Source: the human T2T-CHM13v2.0 reference genome, Homo sapiens
Assembly (NCBI RefSeq): GCF_009914755.1
Contig: NC_060931.1
DNA: 64,000 bases
Strand: one strand, 5' to 3'
Each line of letters begins with the position of its first letter. The stretch's first letter is position 1. The notes beneath the pieces are model-generated. The model made no database searches. It had not been told where the DNA came from and was given only the letters and a program-made list of their open reading frames with translations. A program made the translations under genes and the position numbers. Positions 1 through 14,723 of this stretch are shown here, in pieces.

Positions 1-2059
1 CAATTTATAATTTTACTCTGACAGAAATTACTTCAAAATTACATTCCTATATATATATTTATATGATTTGGCTGTATATCTGATCTAGAATTTGTAAAGA
101 AGATCTGGATTTTACTGTAGACATGCAACTAATTTACTAGGGTACTATAGTTATATAAGCAACTCGGTTTCTACTGTGTCATTATAAATGAAGACTAGAA
201 TTCTAGAGAAATCATACGGAAGATTCTGTGAACTGTACTTGTTTTTCCTCCAGAAAGGCACTAAGAATGTGTAATGAATCATTAGTAAAATGGCACTATG
301 GGTACATGAACGAACCTAAAAGAACAAATCTTTTTTTAAAGACTGATTTCATTTTAAAATTCCAGATAACAAAATTTTAAAGCAACCAAAAAATCAAGTA
401 TCTTATTTTTTTCTGGTAATTCATAAATTCTAAACATTTAAATATGACTAACATAAATTTTATGGTAACTATAAAAAGTGTATCTTTTGATTAAGAAAAA
501 CTTTAAAGAATAATTTAAAGGCTAACAGATTGCATCCTTCAATATCTACTTTAATTAACCGACTGCCATTACTCACTTTACATTTCCTTTCACATCACAT
601 TGTACTCATCTTAAATGGAATCAAAACTTTGACATGCACTGACATTGACTTCATTAAATGCAACGTTTTGACATTTTTGAAGGTCTTTTTTTATTTCATA
701 CTAATAAATGGAAAGGGTTTTGAATTTCAATGGCTGAAAGGAAGTCAGATTTTAGTTATATGAATCCAGGGTAACTTCATTCATGGATCAAAAAGACCCC
801 TTGGGGCTTACAAAATCTTTATTATTTTCAAGCTACAAAAAAATAGTTTGGTAGAGAACTGGATAATAGGAAACATATTCTTCTGCAATCAATGCACTTT
901 GGGGTGGTTTCCAGCTGTGAGACAGTCACTCAAACTTAAAAGTTCTCCAAAGTTCTCCTTGGCCTGGAGCCCAATTTCACTTATAACAGAATATGACTGT
1001 GTAAAAAAAAAAAAGCATTACAAAATATGGCAATTTGTGTTACCTTGCTAAAAAGTTAATATGGTTTATGGCACTATTAAGGATTGTTAATGCTTCAAAT
1101 AGTTAGATTTTAATGTTTAGAATTAGCACAATTTAAGTTTTCACCTACTATTTTAGATTGTACTAGTTCTTATAGGCTGAGGAATATGTCCCTAAACTAA
1201 GATTTCTACTTTATTATGCTAAGTATGCCACATTGGAAAGGGCTGTTGGAGAAACATAAATTATTCAGTTAGTGTATAAAATATTATTACAATAAGTTAT
1301 AATCATAACAGAGGTAATGAACTCTTTGTATAAAATAGTTTGCAATATTAAATGCATACGTTACAATCATGAGAAATAATCATTAAAGCATACTGAATTT
1401 TGGTGAATTTTAATATAGAAAGTTGTACAAAGATCTACACTTAAAATTATTCAAAAACGAAATAATTATAAAGTGATTCCAAAAAATAAGTTTCCATTTG
1501 TAATTTTGCAGTTCACCCATCACTAATAGGACAAATCTACTAGTAATGATGATGACATTCATATATTACAATATCTTATTATCCAGTCTAGTTATCTAGT
1601 TGTTAACAGTCTTGTGAGAGGTGAGGACATAATTTATATTCCCTTATGACAGACTGTTCTGCGGCCATAAAACGTGGGAATCCTTGTTTGACATGACTTG
1701 TCTTCAAAAGCCAAGCCCATCTATTTGGAAGAAACCTTGAATCACCAATTTTATCACATGGTAAAAAGTTAAAATAGGCATTTACCATTACTTATAAATA
1801 TAGTTCAAAATATTTAATCTAAAAGTGACAGTGCCAGTGGTGAATAAAACTTTATTTAGATGGGCTAATCAATTAAACTCTAAAAGAACAGGACTCTAGT
1901 TGATTTGTTTTAAAACTAGTAAGGATGTTCTGAAATAAATCAGTAAAGTATACTAGTTTTTTTTTTCTTATGAAGCCTATAAGAAGGACACTATAATTAC
2001 CTAATCATATAATTGTATTAAAGCAAGGAACAATAAAACATTTCCCAAGGTGATTGCTT

Positions 2060-3090
2060 CTATGCATATAGTTTCAATTACTATCTTCAAACTGACACTC
2101 AAATTTACACCTCCAGCTCTCACCTAGTTTCCTAAGTTACAGATTTGCAACTGAGATTTGGATATCTCACAGTAAACATGCCCACAAACAAACTCAGTAT
2201 CTCTCCTTTCAGATCTTTGCCTTTTCCTGGGTCTCCATCTCAGTGCAAATATGGACTCACCAATTCAGAAATTTACAAGACTAAATAAGACCCATACCTC
2301 CTTCATATCCCACCTCTGAGCAATCAGTAAACAAGTGTGATGGAGTTTTTATTTTATGTCTCTCTCTTGTCAATCCTATTAGTTCCTAACGCCTAATGGT
2401 TTGACCTAACTCTATTCTCTCCCCACTTTCTAAATACCTGGAATTTCCCCACAAGCTTCAATACCTCCAGGCTTGCTGGTCCTCACTACACCCCTTCAGT
2501 TTTCCATCCATTACCCACAGGCTGCCAGGAAACATTTCCAAAAGAGCAAATCTATTTATGTCATTTCTTTATTTAAAGTATGTCTGTTCTAATTTCAGAA
2601 TGGAGTAAATTCTGCTTATCCTGTATGTTCATCCCTTAACAATCAGACTTTTACCCCTCACACAAGCACCATCAATCCAAATCCTTGGTTACTCTCTGAA
2701 TATAAATAATTTGTTATAAATTTGCATATTTTTTCCTATTTAAAAATTTATCCTTGTTCCTTTCACTACTGACCTTACCCCCACACTTCTTTTTTAAGGT
2801 TTTGCTCATTCACCTCATTTGAGAAGACTTTTCTGACCTGCCAATGTCAGATTTCACCTCTATACTCTTACAGCGTTTGCTTACTATCTACCTACATCAT
2901 GGTGTTTTTCACTATGCACAGTAACTGTTTGTTGTCTCATTTGCTTGTATTAACTCATTTGCTTGTCATATTTGCTTGTCTCATTTGTTTGTCTCAATTT
3001 ACTGTAAGCTTTCTAAAAACAAGATTTATGCCTTTAAATTATTTTTCACCAGAGCAATGTTTCACCAAAATGTTAAACAATGAAACCACT
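2060..3090 (+). mobile_element. L2 LINE fragment (3' region, heavily diverged)
   Basis: Decayed L2 motifs (gatatctcacagtaaacatgcccacaaacaaactc; actgtaagctttct; degenerate 3' end); boundaries approximate. Confidence 0.6.
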
Positions 3091-3169
3091 TAAAACTTTT
3101 CTGTAACCAAAGCTCTTGGATTTTCCTGTATCTGTTGATATATTATTACAGCACATATAATGAAAATAT

Positions 3170-3360
3170 AACAACTAATGTGTTATGTTTTATAATTCTC
3201 AAAGGCCTTCACATAACTCTTGGAAGCCACCAGTGTTTTTTACATATTGTGGATAAAGAAACAAAGTTTCGCAATGGTTAAATAATTTACCTAAACACAT
3301 TCAGTCAATGTATGGTAAAACAGATTCAATCCAATTTGTTAGACTTCAAAGTCCAGACTT
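3170..3360 (-). mobile_element. MIR SINE fragment
   Basis: Reverse MIR core: gataaagaaac...ggttaaataatttacctaa...gacttcaaagtcc. Confidence 0.55.
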
Positions 3361-5103
3361 GTGGTTGGTCAAATGGAGTGATTTGGTTTGAATTCACAAC
3401 TTAAACGCTTACTATTTGTTAATGGTAAGCAACTTTACTACTCATGCAATTATCCCAAGTATTCAGGCACTGGGCTGAAACCATTTGCTCCATCAGCCAC
3501 ATCAAGCAATAGTTCATCAGCAATAGTTCCTTAGACTAGTTATTCATTAAACACTCAGTATGAAAGAGACATGGCCTTTATAGGAAGACAAGCCCTGCTA
3601 AAAATCCTTTGGGGGAACATCTTAATTGCAACTACAGGCACACGTAATGAAGAACTATCGTTATCCTTACTGAGCAGTTTTACAGACAGGCAAGCTGAGT
3701 AGGGCCAACATTTTTTTTCCATAGGAGTACATCTCCAAATTTTTGAGTAGGTACCAATAAAAAAGATGATCAGCAGAGGGGAAATACTTTATACATTCTT
3801 AACAGCTCTCTGTGTTGTGAGAATCTTCAAATGTATCAAAAGAGTTATAAAACAAACTTTCTGGGTGGGATAAAACTAAGCCAACTTTGAAGTCCAGTGC
3901 CCTATTGAAATGTACTTTTCTCCATTTCCCCTAAGCGTCAACATAAGATCTCATCTAGCCAATGTAAGTCAGGTGTTGTTTTCATTGAATTTTATTTTTA
4001 AAGAGATATGCAAAATGTTAGAAAAGACAGGTCCCTAATTATTAGTTTTCTATATAATGTAGTAATATTGTAGGTGCATATATATGTATGTGTAGATTTG
4101 TGTATATATCCTCTCTAAAATAGACTATTAGAGAGAAAATAACCTTAGTTATTATTATATTTATTCCTCATCATTTTAGAGAGAATACAAATAAAGCCCA
4201 GAGAAGTTAACTGGCTTGCCTAATGTCCCTCAATCAAAGATCATTATGCCATTTAATAAACATTGTTCCCCATCTTTAATAAATATGTTATCTATTGGAA
4301 AGTATACTGGCTCCAGGTTCAGCAGAAGTAAGGTTTAATTTTCCCAATATCATCTTTGCAGGTTTCCAAATTAGCACTATATACATTTATATCCCTTCAG
4401 CTTCATATAAATTTTATGATGAAAAAATATATCATATTCTGTCTGGAAGGAAATATTTGCTCATCATGGTGTGTCACAGGATTCCACTCCCAAGCTCCCC
4501 ACATGCTTAGTGCCTGTTCTTTCTGGATTAGCAGCTGCTATGAGCAAACACATAGCAGTGAGGCTGACGAACTTGGCACACTTTAAATAGATCAAGTTTG
4601 GTTTTAATTTAAAGAATAATTTGATTCAGTAATGTTATTTAAACAAATGCAAAAGTGCTCAAAAAAATCACATGTAGTAAATGATCAAAGCTGTGGTTAT
4701 TCAGGTTTTTATTTGCTAAAAATATCAAGATAACATTTTTAGCAAAAATTTCATTCTTAGCTGCATGACTCTGGAGTAAGGGGCCCCTGCAAAAAAAATT
4801 CAGTTTCTATCCTTTGCCAGAAATAAACATATTTGGTTTCCATTTGGAAAATTTTGTCTTTTAGCTTTAAATCAATCTGGATTTAAGGTAAGGAGTATCA
4901 GTTACTAATACTAAAAAACAAAATTAAATAATTGGATCAGACAAAAAAGTCCTTATTTTCCTATATCATGTTATTATAATATTTTAAGTAATAATGTGTC
5001 TAATTAGAAATTTGGAAATTATATTTTTGTTATTTTCATACTTTTAATATTTAACTACATTCTTTATAAAATGAGGGAGTGCTTCTATTTCTGGTAAGGC
5101 AGA

Positions 5104-5563
5104 GTATACTATTATCCTATTGCTGCTGTTTCAAATAGCCACAAACTTAATGGCTTAAAAACAACACAAATTAATTTTTTACAGTTCTGGAGGTCAGAAG
5201 TCTGAAATGGGCCTCACTGTTCGAAAATCAAGGTGTTGGCAGGGCTGTGTTCCTTTCTGGTGGCACTAAGGGAGAATCTGTTTCTTTGCTTTTTCCAGCT
5301 TCTAGAGGCTGCCCGCATTCTTTGGCTCATGGCCCTCTTCCATCTTCGCAGGAGTAATAGTGAGTCCTTCTCAGATCACCTCACTCTGACTCTCCCGCCT
5401 CCCTCTTCCATTTCTAAAAACACTTCTGACGGCATGAGGCCCACCTGGACAATGTAGGATGATCTCCACATCTCAAGGTCAGCTGATTTGCAACTTAACA
5501 TATTCACAGGTCTGGGAATTAAAACATGGACATATTTGGGGGACCGTTATTCTGCTTCCAACA
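5104..5563 (-). mobile_element. MaLR solo LTR (MLT1C/MLT1D-like)
   Basis: cctattgctgctg...ccacaaacttaatggcttaaaaacaacac...acagttctggaggtcagaagtc...ttccagcttctagaggctgcc matches the reverse MLT1 consensus. Confidence 0.85.
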
Positions 5564-5569
5564 CAAGGT

Positions 5570-7590
5570 GAACAACTCTGCTACTAAAAACAAAACCAAA
5601 AATGCTAGATTAAAAAAAAATTATCAAAAGCACTGAAGAGCTAACTAGAGAATTATAGAGCCCCAAATCCAAACAAATATGGAAACTCATATAGCGCAAA
5701 AGCTACTTTTTGGCTGAGGACATCTGTGCTCTAGTAGAGGTGACATTTTTGACATTTTCACTTAGAAAAATAAGTAAAAATCCAGGAAACATGCCAGGTT
5801 GGGAATCTAACAGAAAACCCTCCCCACATTAAGCTGGAACCTTAAATGATCCTATCCTACCTTTCCAAAACCAAGTTAGTACAGAGAAAGTTGCTTAGGC
5901 CTGAGCAGAGGTAGTAAAAAAAAAAAATTTCAAGAAGCTGCAATCGCAAACCAATCCGGGCTCAGATGTGCAGCCAAGTTTGTATCAGTTAGGTGGACCT
6001 AACATCTGCTTTGGTAAAACCTCCAGCTGCCTGACCAAAGCAAATACAAATTCCCTCTGGAGGAAGTCACCATCATTCTATGTCTTAATAAACCGCTATA
6101 TAAATTTTTAAAAATCAGGGACCAATACAAAATAGGAGGTAATAAATTTCACAAGAAAACAAAGCATTTAAGTGAGAACACACACAAACAGTGGAAAATA
6201 GAAATTGATCTGTTGAAATTATCAGACATATATTCTAAAATAATTCCACTGGCTATATGTAAATAAAAGATACATTTGAATCTATTTTTAGGGAAAATTA
6301 TGCTAAAAATGATATATTTTAAGAAGACAGAGATGCTAGTAATAAAAATTACAATAACCAAAAACTGAAAGTAAATGGATGGGTTTAATATCAGATTGTA
6401 AAACCAAATTAGATACACCTGAAGAAAGCATTTGTGAGCTGTTATGAAACTCTCCAAATGCATCACTGGGAGAAAAAAATAGATGAAAAATGAAAAAGAG
6501 AATGAGACAGGGAGAGAGAGAAAGAAAGAGAAACAAACTTAAGAGACATGGAAGATAAGAGTTGAGAAAGTCTAACAAACATGTAATTAGAGTTCCAAAA
6601 GGAAAAAGAAAGAGAACTGGGTAGAGGCAATATCAGAAGAGTAAAAAGCTGGAAGTCTTCTAGGACTGATATAAAAATACAATTTAATAGCTTCAAGAAG
6701 CCAGATGAATTCCAAGCATGATAAATAAAAAGAAAGCCAAGCCTAAGTACATAATATTAAAACAACAAAACACTAAAGACAAAAAGGAAATGTTTTAAGT
6801 TGCCAGAACAAGGGGAAAATAAAAGGCAAGTTTCCTTTAAGTAATTGAGTGTTAGAATGAGGGCTGACCTCTCAAGGGAGTCATGGAAATCACAGGACAA
6901 TCAAATGTATCTTTAGTGTGCCCAAAAAAAACAGCTGCCATTGTAGAATTCTATACCCAGTGCATGGCGGGGGCGGTGGGGGGAGGTTATCAGGGGGAGG
7001 GACAGGGCTGTGGTGGAAATCTTTCAAGAATAAAGTTATAAAGTTGTGAATCAAAGTATTTTAAGACAAACAAAAACTGAAGAGTTTACTGCTATCAGAC
7101 ACTCACTAAAAGAATTTTGTTTTTTCCCCCCGAGACAGAGTCTTGCTCTGTCGCCCAGGCTGGAGTGCACTGGCAATGATGTCTGCTCACTGCAACCTCT
7201 GCCTCCTGGGCTCAAGAGCCTCCTGAGTAGCTGGGACCACAGCTGAGCACCACCATGCCCAGCCAATTTTTATATTTTTAGTAAAGACAGGGTTTTGCCA
7301 TGTTGCCCAGGATGGTCTCAAACTCCCGAACTCAAGCAGTCCACCCACCTCGGCCTCCCAAAGTGCTGGGATTACAGACATGAGCCACCACATGCAGCCA
7401 AGAATTTCTGAATAATGAATTTCATCAGAAGAAAAGTGATCTAATATACAAGGTCAGAGATAATAAAGAATGCAGAGAAAGATATTGGAAATACAATACA
7501 TGGACATATCTATGGGAACATTCACTGTGAAACATAACTAAGATCAATGTCTTGTGAGGCTAAAAATGAAAACAAGTTTTAAGTACACAA
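5570..7590 (+). mobile_element. Old L1M 5'/ORF1-region fragment, interrupted by an Alu
   Basis: A-rich decayed ORF1-like sequence (gatgggtttaatatcagatt...tagatacacctgaagaaag; gtaattagagttccaaaagg; tagaattctatacccag). Confidence 0.65.
7115..7399 (-). mobile_element. Alu (AluJ-like)
   Basis: Reverse Alu dimer with J-type features (gggctcaag, ttgcccagg); flanked by aagaattt TSD. Confidence 0.9.
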
Positions 7591-8079
7591 AGAAAACTCC
7601 TTCGATGTTTTGTAACAATAAAGGCATGTTTCTCACTGATCCCCTGTAGTAAAAGTTTTCTTAGGAAAAATAACATCCCCCATCATTGACTTTCTATTAA
7701 CTATATTCCACACACGATGCTAAACATTTTACAGTCACTATCCATAGTCCTGTCAGGGAGCTAATATTAAACTCATTTACAAATGAGGAACTAGAACAGA
7801 AGTTTATTTTGCTGCTTAAGTGTTCAAAGATTCTAAAACTACTAAGTACTTTGGCCCATATTCAGTCTTACTTCTGTCTGTTTCAAAAACCCACATGTTA
7901 ACAGCTAGGCTTCCTGAAAAGGATGGGCAATTTTTACCAGCAGATGTGCTTATATTTTGCAGAGTCAAAGGATTTCAGGTTCTGGCAAACACTAAATGTG
8001 ATTCAGTAAAGAAATTGCTTCATGAACTCAAACAGAAAGGAGAGAGATAAGAGGAGATAGAGTAAACTCATAGTAATAT

Positions 8080-8779
8080 AAAATGGTTCCCCCTTATCTA
8101 CAGGAAGTTTCATTCCAAGACCTCCAGTGGATGCCTAAAACCACGGATCATACCAAACCATATATATACTATATTTTTCCTACACATACATGCCTATGAT
8201 AAAGTTTAATTTATAGACATAGTAAAATATTAATAACAATAACTAATAATAACATAGTACAATTATAGCAATGTTCTGTAATAAAAGTTATGCAGATGGG
8301 GTCTCTCTCTCTCTCTCAAAATACCTTGCTGTACTATACTCACCCTTCTGCTTGTGTTGATGTGAGATGAGAAAATGCCTACTTGATGGATGAAGTGAGG
8401 CGAATGACATAGGTGATGTAGTGTTAGGCTAATATTGAACTTCTGAAGATTTGTCAGAAGGATCAGCTGCTTTCCGGTGATCCTGGATCATCAAGCCATG
8501 GCAGTGTTGATGGTTGGATGTCAGCAGCAGATAATGTTGATGACTGATGGACAGGTAGCATATATAGCATGGATAAGTTGGACAAAAAGGTGATTTACAT
8601 CCGGGGTGAGACTGAGCAGGAGGGTGTGAGATTTCATCAGGCTACTCATAATGGTGCACAATTTAAAACTCATTAATTGATTATTTCTGGAATTTTTCAT
8701 TTAATATTTTTGTAGCACAGTTGATCATGGTAACTGAAACCACAGAAAGCAAAGCTGCAGATAAGATGGGACTACAGTA
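8080..8779 (-). mobile_element. MER44 (Tigger7-derived, MER44C/D-size) DNA transposon
   Basis: Terminal inverted repeats (TIRs) tcccccttatc ... gataagatgggactacagta; typical MER44 interior; about 700 bp. Confidence 0.8.
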
Positions 8780-9096
8780 ATGATATAATTGAGTCATACA
8801 TATATTTTGTTCAGTAACAGGAAAATAGGACAAAAAATCCTTGGTATATATGTATGCTTAAAGTTTATAAATGTTGATTTTATATACCTAATTCTTAAAT
8901 TAAGACTAGGGAAACAGTTATATTGTACTTTAAATCACATTCTAGTCTTTAAAAGTTTAACTGGATTTTCCTGACATTTAGGTTAATCTGAAGTTTTTAG
9001 TTCACTGGAACACTGCATAATAATTATTTAACTTCAAAAATGTTATTTATGACATATCAAAAAACAATATTCAAAAATATATAAAATAATAGTGAT

Positions 9097-9689
9097 GTGG
9101 GTAGGGCCTCTCTAAAGATGTCCAAGCCCTAATCCCTGGAACCTGTGAGTATATTACCTTATATGACTTTGGGACTTTGCAGATAGAATTAAGCTTATGA
9201 ATCTTAAGACAAGCAGATCATCCTAAATTATCTAGGTACACCCAATCTTATCAACTGAGCCATCAAAAACAGTGAACTTTCTCTTGCTAGAGGCAGAATA
9301 GAAAAAAAAGATGTGACATAAGGGAAAATCAGAGAGATTACAAAAGTGAGAAGGATTTGGCACATCATTGCTGGCTCTAATCTGTAGGGACCCCAATGTA
9401 AGGACCGAAGCGACATGTTTTAGAGATAATACTAACCGCCAGCTGATAGCCCGCAAGAAAAATGGGAACCTAAGTCCTATAACTACAAGGAACTGGATTC
9501 AGCCAACAGCCACAAAGAGCTTGGAGTGAACCTTGATTTTGCCCTTGTGAAACCTGGAGCAGAGACCAGATTAGCCAAGCTTGACGTACAAAGACTTCTG
9601 GCACATAGAGGTATGAAATAATGAATTTGTGTTATTGCAAGGTACTAAGTTTGTGGTAACTTGCTATGGAAGTAATAGAAAACTAATAC
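9097..9689 (+). mobile_element. MaLR solo LTR (MLT1D/E-like)
   Basis: tgtggg...ccctaatccctggaacctgtgag...ggactttgcagat...taagtttgtggtaac...gaaaactaataca. Confidence 0.8.
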
Positions 9690-9722
9690 ATACAACAAAA
9701 TTTTTAAGTATGATTGAGATGA

Positions 9723-10052
<330 letters not shown>

Positions 10053-10249
10053 ATTTGCTGTATATTTAGCTCTGAAGTTTTTAGCAACAGAAACAAACAG
10101 AAAAGTTCTAGTTCTAAAATTAATAGACATCTACATACATGAGAGATATAAATGAGTTACTCTGGTTGCATAACTATACCTGTTATTGAGATAAGAGGAA
10201 AAGTCTCTATTATAAAGAGGACCATAGCAAACAATGTCCTCAACCACAT

Positions 10250-10814
10250 TCACAAAGAGAAAAAAACATTTATTGCACCATTTTCTATAAATTACCTAAT
10301 TGTAGGTCAACTACACAATGACTCATCAATTTAGTAAATGTTAATAATACAAGACCATTCTAATATCTACTATTTTGATTATCTAGGGAAATAATTTATA
10401 AATGATGTTTTAAGAAGCAGTACTTTTGAGAGATATTATTAGAGGTAATATTATCAAGCAGAACAGCAGGCACTGGTTTCCAACGCCAGGGAATGACCCT
10501 AACTACATAAAGGATAGCAAAGATCATCAAAATGGCAGCCACTAGAAATAGAAGTCCCAACACTTGTGCCCATTGCATCTTGGTATTGGAGTTGCCAAGG
10601 GAAAAACAAAACACAGTAATGGAGAGGACAGAACACTTTAATTTACATATTGAAGAGACTAGGCAACATCAGCTCCAAGAGTATGCATCAGTCCCCCATA
10701 ACCAGCAGGTTCCTCTCCCACCCCACATCCACTGCAGCTGATGTAGGGCAATTGGCTTACATGCACCCCTCTTCTGCCACAGTAGAGGAACTCCACACTC
10801 CCTGCCAGTGGCGT
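10250..10814 (-). ncRNA. Candidate terminal exon (LTR-derived) of a minus-strand spliced transcript
   Basis: Acceptor gttttctgtatttcag|ACGCC at 10814; poly(A) signals ATTAAA (10642-10637) and AATAAA (10274-10269) followed by a T-rich tract; optional donor CAT|gtaagc at 10761. Confidence 0.4.
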
Positions 10815-11035
10815 CTGAAATACAGAAAACTGGGGGCCCACTTGAGGGCCACTGACTCAGAACAAAGTACTCATTGAGTCTGAAACAAAGATCTACTCAG
10901 TCAAGGTGATAAACCTGGCACAGGCTGTGTGGGCTCTTTATCTTTTGATAAGGAAGTGTTACAGGCCCTAGGTTCATCTTTGCTTGGCCAAGAATGGGTC
11001 AGAAGACTTCTTGTATGAGACTGCCTTTCCCAACA
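10452..11035 (-). mobile_element. ERVL-class solo LTR (MER70-like; subfamily tentative)
   Basis: Minus strand begins TGTTGGGAAAGGCAGTC and ends TTGATA (decayed CA end); exact 5-bp TSD AATAT at 10447-10451 and 11036-11040; 584 bp; ATTAAA at 10642-10637. Confidence 0.7.
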
Positions 11036-12233
11036 AATATACACACACACACACACAAGTTCATTATTCAGATAACTAAGCAGAGGGGATAATAATAGAT
11101 ACTTTACTGTAAAATAAGTTAAATACTTTAACAGGCTAATGTATTTAGTAACGTTTCCCCTCTCACTGTTTAGCGAAAAATCCAAGAAAAAGAAGTTACA
11201 AAGTATATTTCAGTGTAACTGAATAAATAATCCAACTTTATAGATTAATTGGCTTTTAAATAACATACATTTAAATTATTTGATTATTTTAGACAGTATG
11301 TAGACGTCATAACCCACTCTGCCCATGGCACTCTGATTTCATGGTAATCAAATCAAACTGTCTTCACAGAAAGAGAATATTCAGCTTTTTGCTCTCTGTA
11401 ATTGGCAGGATGAACATAAGCAAAAGGAAATGCATCAAGCATATCCACATGTGGCATTGTTATTAAAAAGTCAGTATTTTAAAAATACTTCCAGTTTACA
11501 ACTGTATTTTCCCTTGATTCATCAAGTGAATCTTCTTTGTGATTCCCATTTTCAAAGTGGTAACGTTGACTTTCAACTTCGTAAATTCTGTCATTTCACC
11601 CAAATCAAGGAAACATTTCAGTACATTGGGGATCAGTATTAACTTGAATCTTCATCCTTCAGTTTAAGATTATTTTTATGGTAACTCCTGATTTGCATTA
11701 TATCTAATGTATATAAGGTATGAATTTATGACCCGGAAAAGTAGTCAAGTAAAAGCTTATTTGAATGTAACCTGACCATTGACAGATGTCTAGATGAAAC
11801 CAGATGCCTATATTTAGTGTTGGGACATAAAAATAAACACGGACTAGAATAAATCATGATAGAGTAATCCAGCTTGCTTTATTAAATCAGGAGTGGGGAT
11901 AGGCAAAGGGGATCAAATTACACTCACGTTGTTGGGTATAATATCACCTCGTAATAAGAGAAGTGTCCTAACCTATTGGTTTGTCTAAAATTTCTTACCA
12001 TTTTAAACACCTTTTAAATCCCCTTATGATCTTGACTGGAGTGAACATGAACGCATTATTATTATAACTACTAATGGTAAAATAAAATATCCCAAAGGAC
12101 TTTCATTTATTCATTACTTTCCAAAGAGATTCAGAAGTGATTTAATTCAAGTGTCTGTTATAAGAAGTAGTAGAAAACAATTTGTCACACAATAAGACAA
12201 TGGTGGTATTCAATGAATGGCACCATTGCATAA

Positions 12234-12734
<501 letters not shown>

Positions 12735-13579
12735 TACATGTTTAAAAGATTATGAAGTCTTGGCATTATTCTTTATATGAGTTCTATTCTGATAAAAGGT
12801 CATCAATTTCAGATTTCTGCTGAAAAAGATATTCTGCTTGAATACAGTGTATCACTCAAAATGGCATTATTTAAATGGATCAGTTTAAAGATAAAAATGT
12901 CTTACTGATCTTGAAATCCTAATCCACATGGTCAAATAAGCTGATATGATTGACTCAGACAAAGTTCACAAGCTAGTGTCAAAAGATGATCCTTGAGCAT
13001 ATAGAAATTAAATATTATGAAATTAAGGAAAATATGCAGGATCTAATACTCTTCCAGCCTTAACAGAAGAATATCATGAGCTTTATCTGTAGGATCCATT
13101 TATGAGGAAATTTAATCATAATTTAACCTTTTAATTTAATTAAAATATTTTTAAAAATACGGGCTAGAATTATATTCTACATTGGCTCAATTTTTTTCTT
13201 TGTTTTTATCAATCCTCTTTTACAGGTTGCCAATTATGCTTTCTAGCTAAGCAGCATTTTTGAAAACTCTAAAATCAGGCTTCTTGATGCTGTCCACAAA
13301 ATCCTCTCTACTGCCTTGCTAATTACAACACTTGATTGGCTTTTTCTTGTGACGAATCTTACTTGATCATTCTTATTGGTGATAGTCACTGGCATCTTGA
13401 AATGCTATCTCCCTTTGTCTTCTCTGATTCCTCCTTCTTTATTCTAAAGTTGATTATTGCCAAACTCTTTCATCGGTTTCTTTTTTCCTCCTCCCGTTTC
13501 TCTACTGGCCTCATTTTGTTCTACCTTTGTCTTATTTCTATTTTTCAAGAAGTTGATTGTTAATGCCTCAGCATAGGTT

Positions 13580-14344
13580 TTATTTTTCTGTAATGGCAAT
13601 CTTGGCAACCAATCCCTGCAAAAAAGCTACTAAAAAAGTGAGATAAAATAATTTTAAAATATGGTTGAGGGAAATTAGTGATGTTAGTGTGGAATTACCA
13701 GAGTAGGAAATGGGAAAGGACAAAATCCAGAGAGGTGAGTTCAACTTTCATGAATATTTTGTTCTCATGGAGTTTATCAACTGAAAGAGGCTAGAATAAA
13801 ATCAGTCTAAAGTCTTTCAAAAGAGAGGCCCTCATAAAACAACCCTGAATTTGGACTGGGGATCCAAAGAGATGTACCCTAGGATAAGGATATGAAATAA
13901 ATAAACAAAGCTTTGCATGCTCTGAAGCTTGGTCTTGAGTCATTATGGAGAAAAAGTCTCATGTGTCAGGGTTGAATTAAAGTTACCTGAATTGCTAGAA
14001 ATTTTGGCAATGGTAATTTACAATTCACATTGGGGGAAAGTGACGTTTTCCGAAGACTCAAACTTATTTCCATGAATTAAACTTTAAATTTAATATCCAT
14101 TACACAATCAAAGATTACCAGAAACACACACACGGAAAGATTCCATTAGTAAGCAGCAAGAAAAATGACAGGCAATGGAATAGACTCACTTCCAACTCAA
14201 AACTGGAATTATTTGACATAATTATTATTATATGTCTTTAATATTTTTAAGGAGATATATGCCAAGCTTTAATTTGAGAGGAAGAAAGCAGTATACAGTT
14301 ACATAAAAGATTTGGAAAAGGATTATCTAGATAGTATAAAACTA
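13580..14344 (+). mobile_element. Old L1M/HAL1-like 5' fragment
   Basis: A-rich decayed sequence resembling the L1M 5' region at about 5.1-5.7 kb. Confidence 0.4.
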
Positions 14345-14360
14345 AAAATATAATGTATCC

Positions 14361-14723
14361 ATAAAAAATGATGAGTTCATGTCCTTTGTAGGGACATGGA
14401 TGAAGCTGGAAACCATCATTCTCAGCAAACTACTGCGAGGATAAAAAACCAAACACCGCATGTTGTTCTCACTCATAGGTGGGAATTGAACAATGAGAAC
14501 ACTTGGACACAGGAAGGGGAACATCACACACTTGGGCCTGTTGTGGGGTGGGGGAGGGGGAAGGGATAGCATTGGGAGATATACCTAATGTAAATGACGA
14601 GTTAATGGGTGCAGCACACCACCACGGCACACGTATACATATGTAACAAACCTGCACGTTTTACACATGTACCCTAGAAAATAAAGTATAATAAAAATAT
14701 ACACATAAAATAAATAAATAAAT
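14361..14723 (+). mobile_element. 5'-truncated L1PA (L1PA3-5-like) 3' end
   Basis: ORF2 end and 3' UTR (gatgagttcatgtcctttgtagggacatggatgaagctggaaacc...gggtgcagcacacc), A-rich tail, perfect 16-bp TSD aaaatataatgtatcc at 14345-14360 and 14724-14739. Confidence 0.95.
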
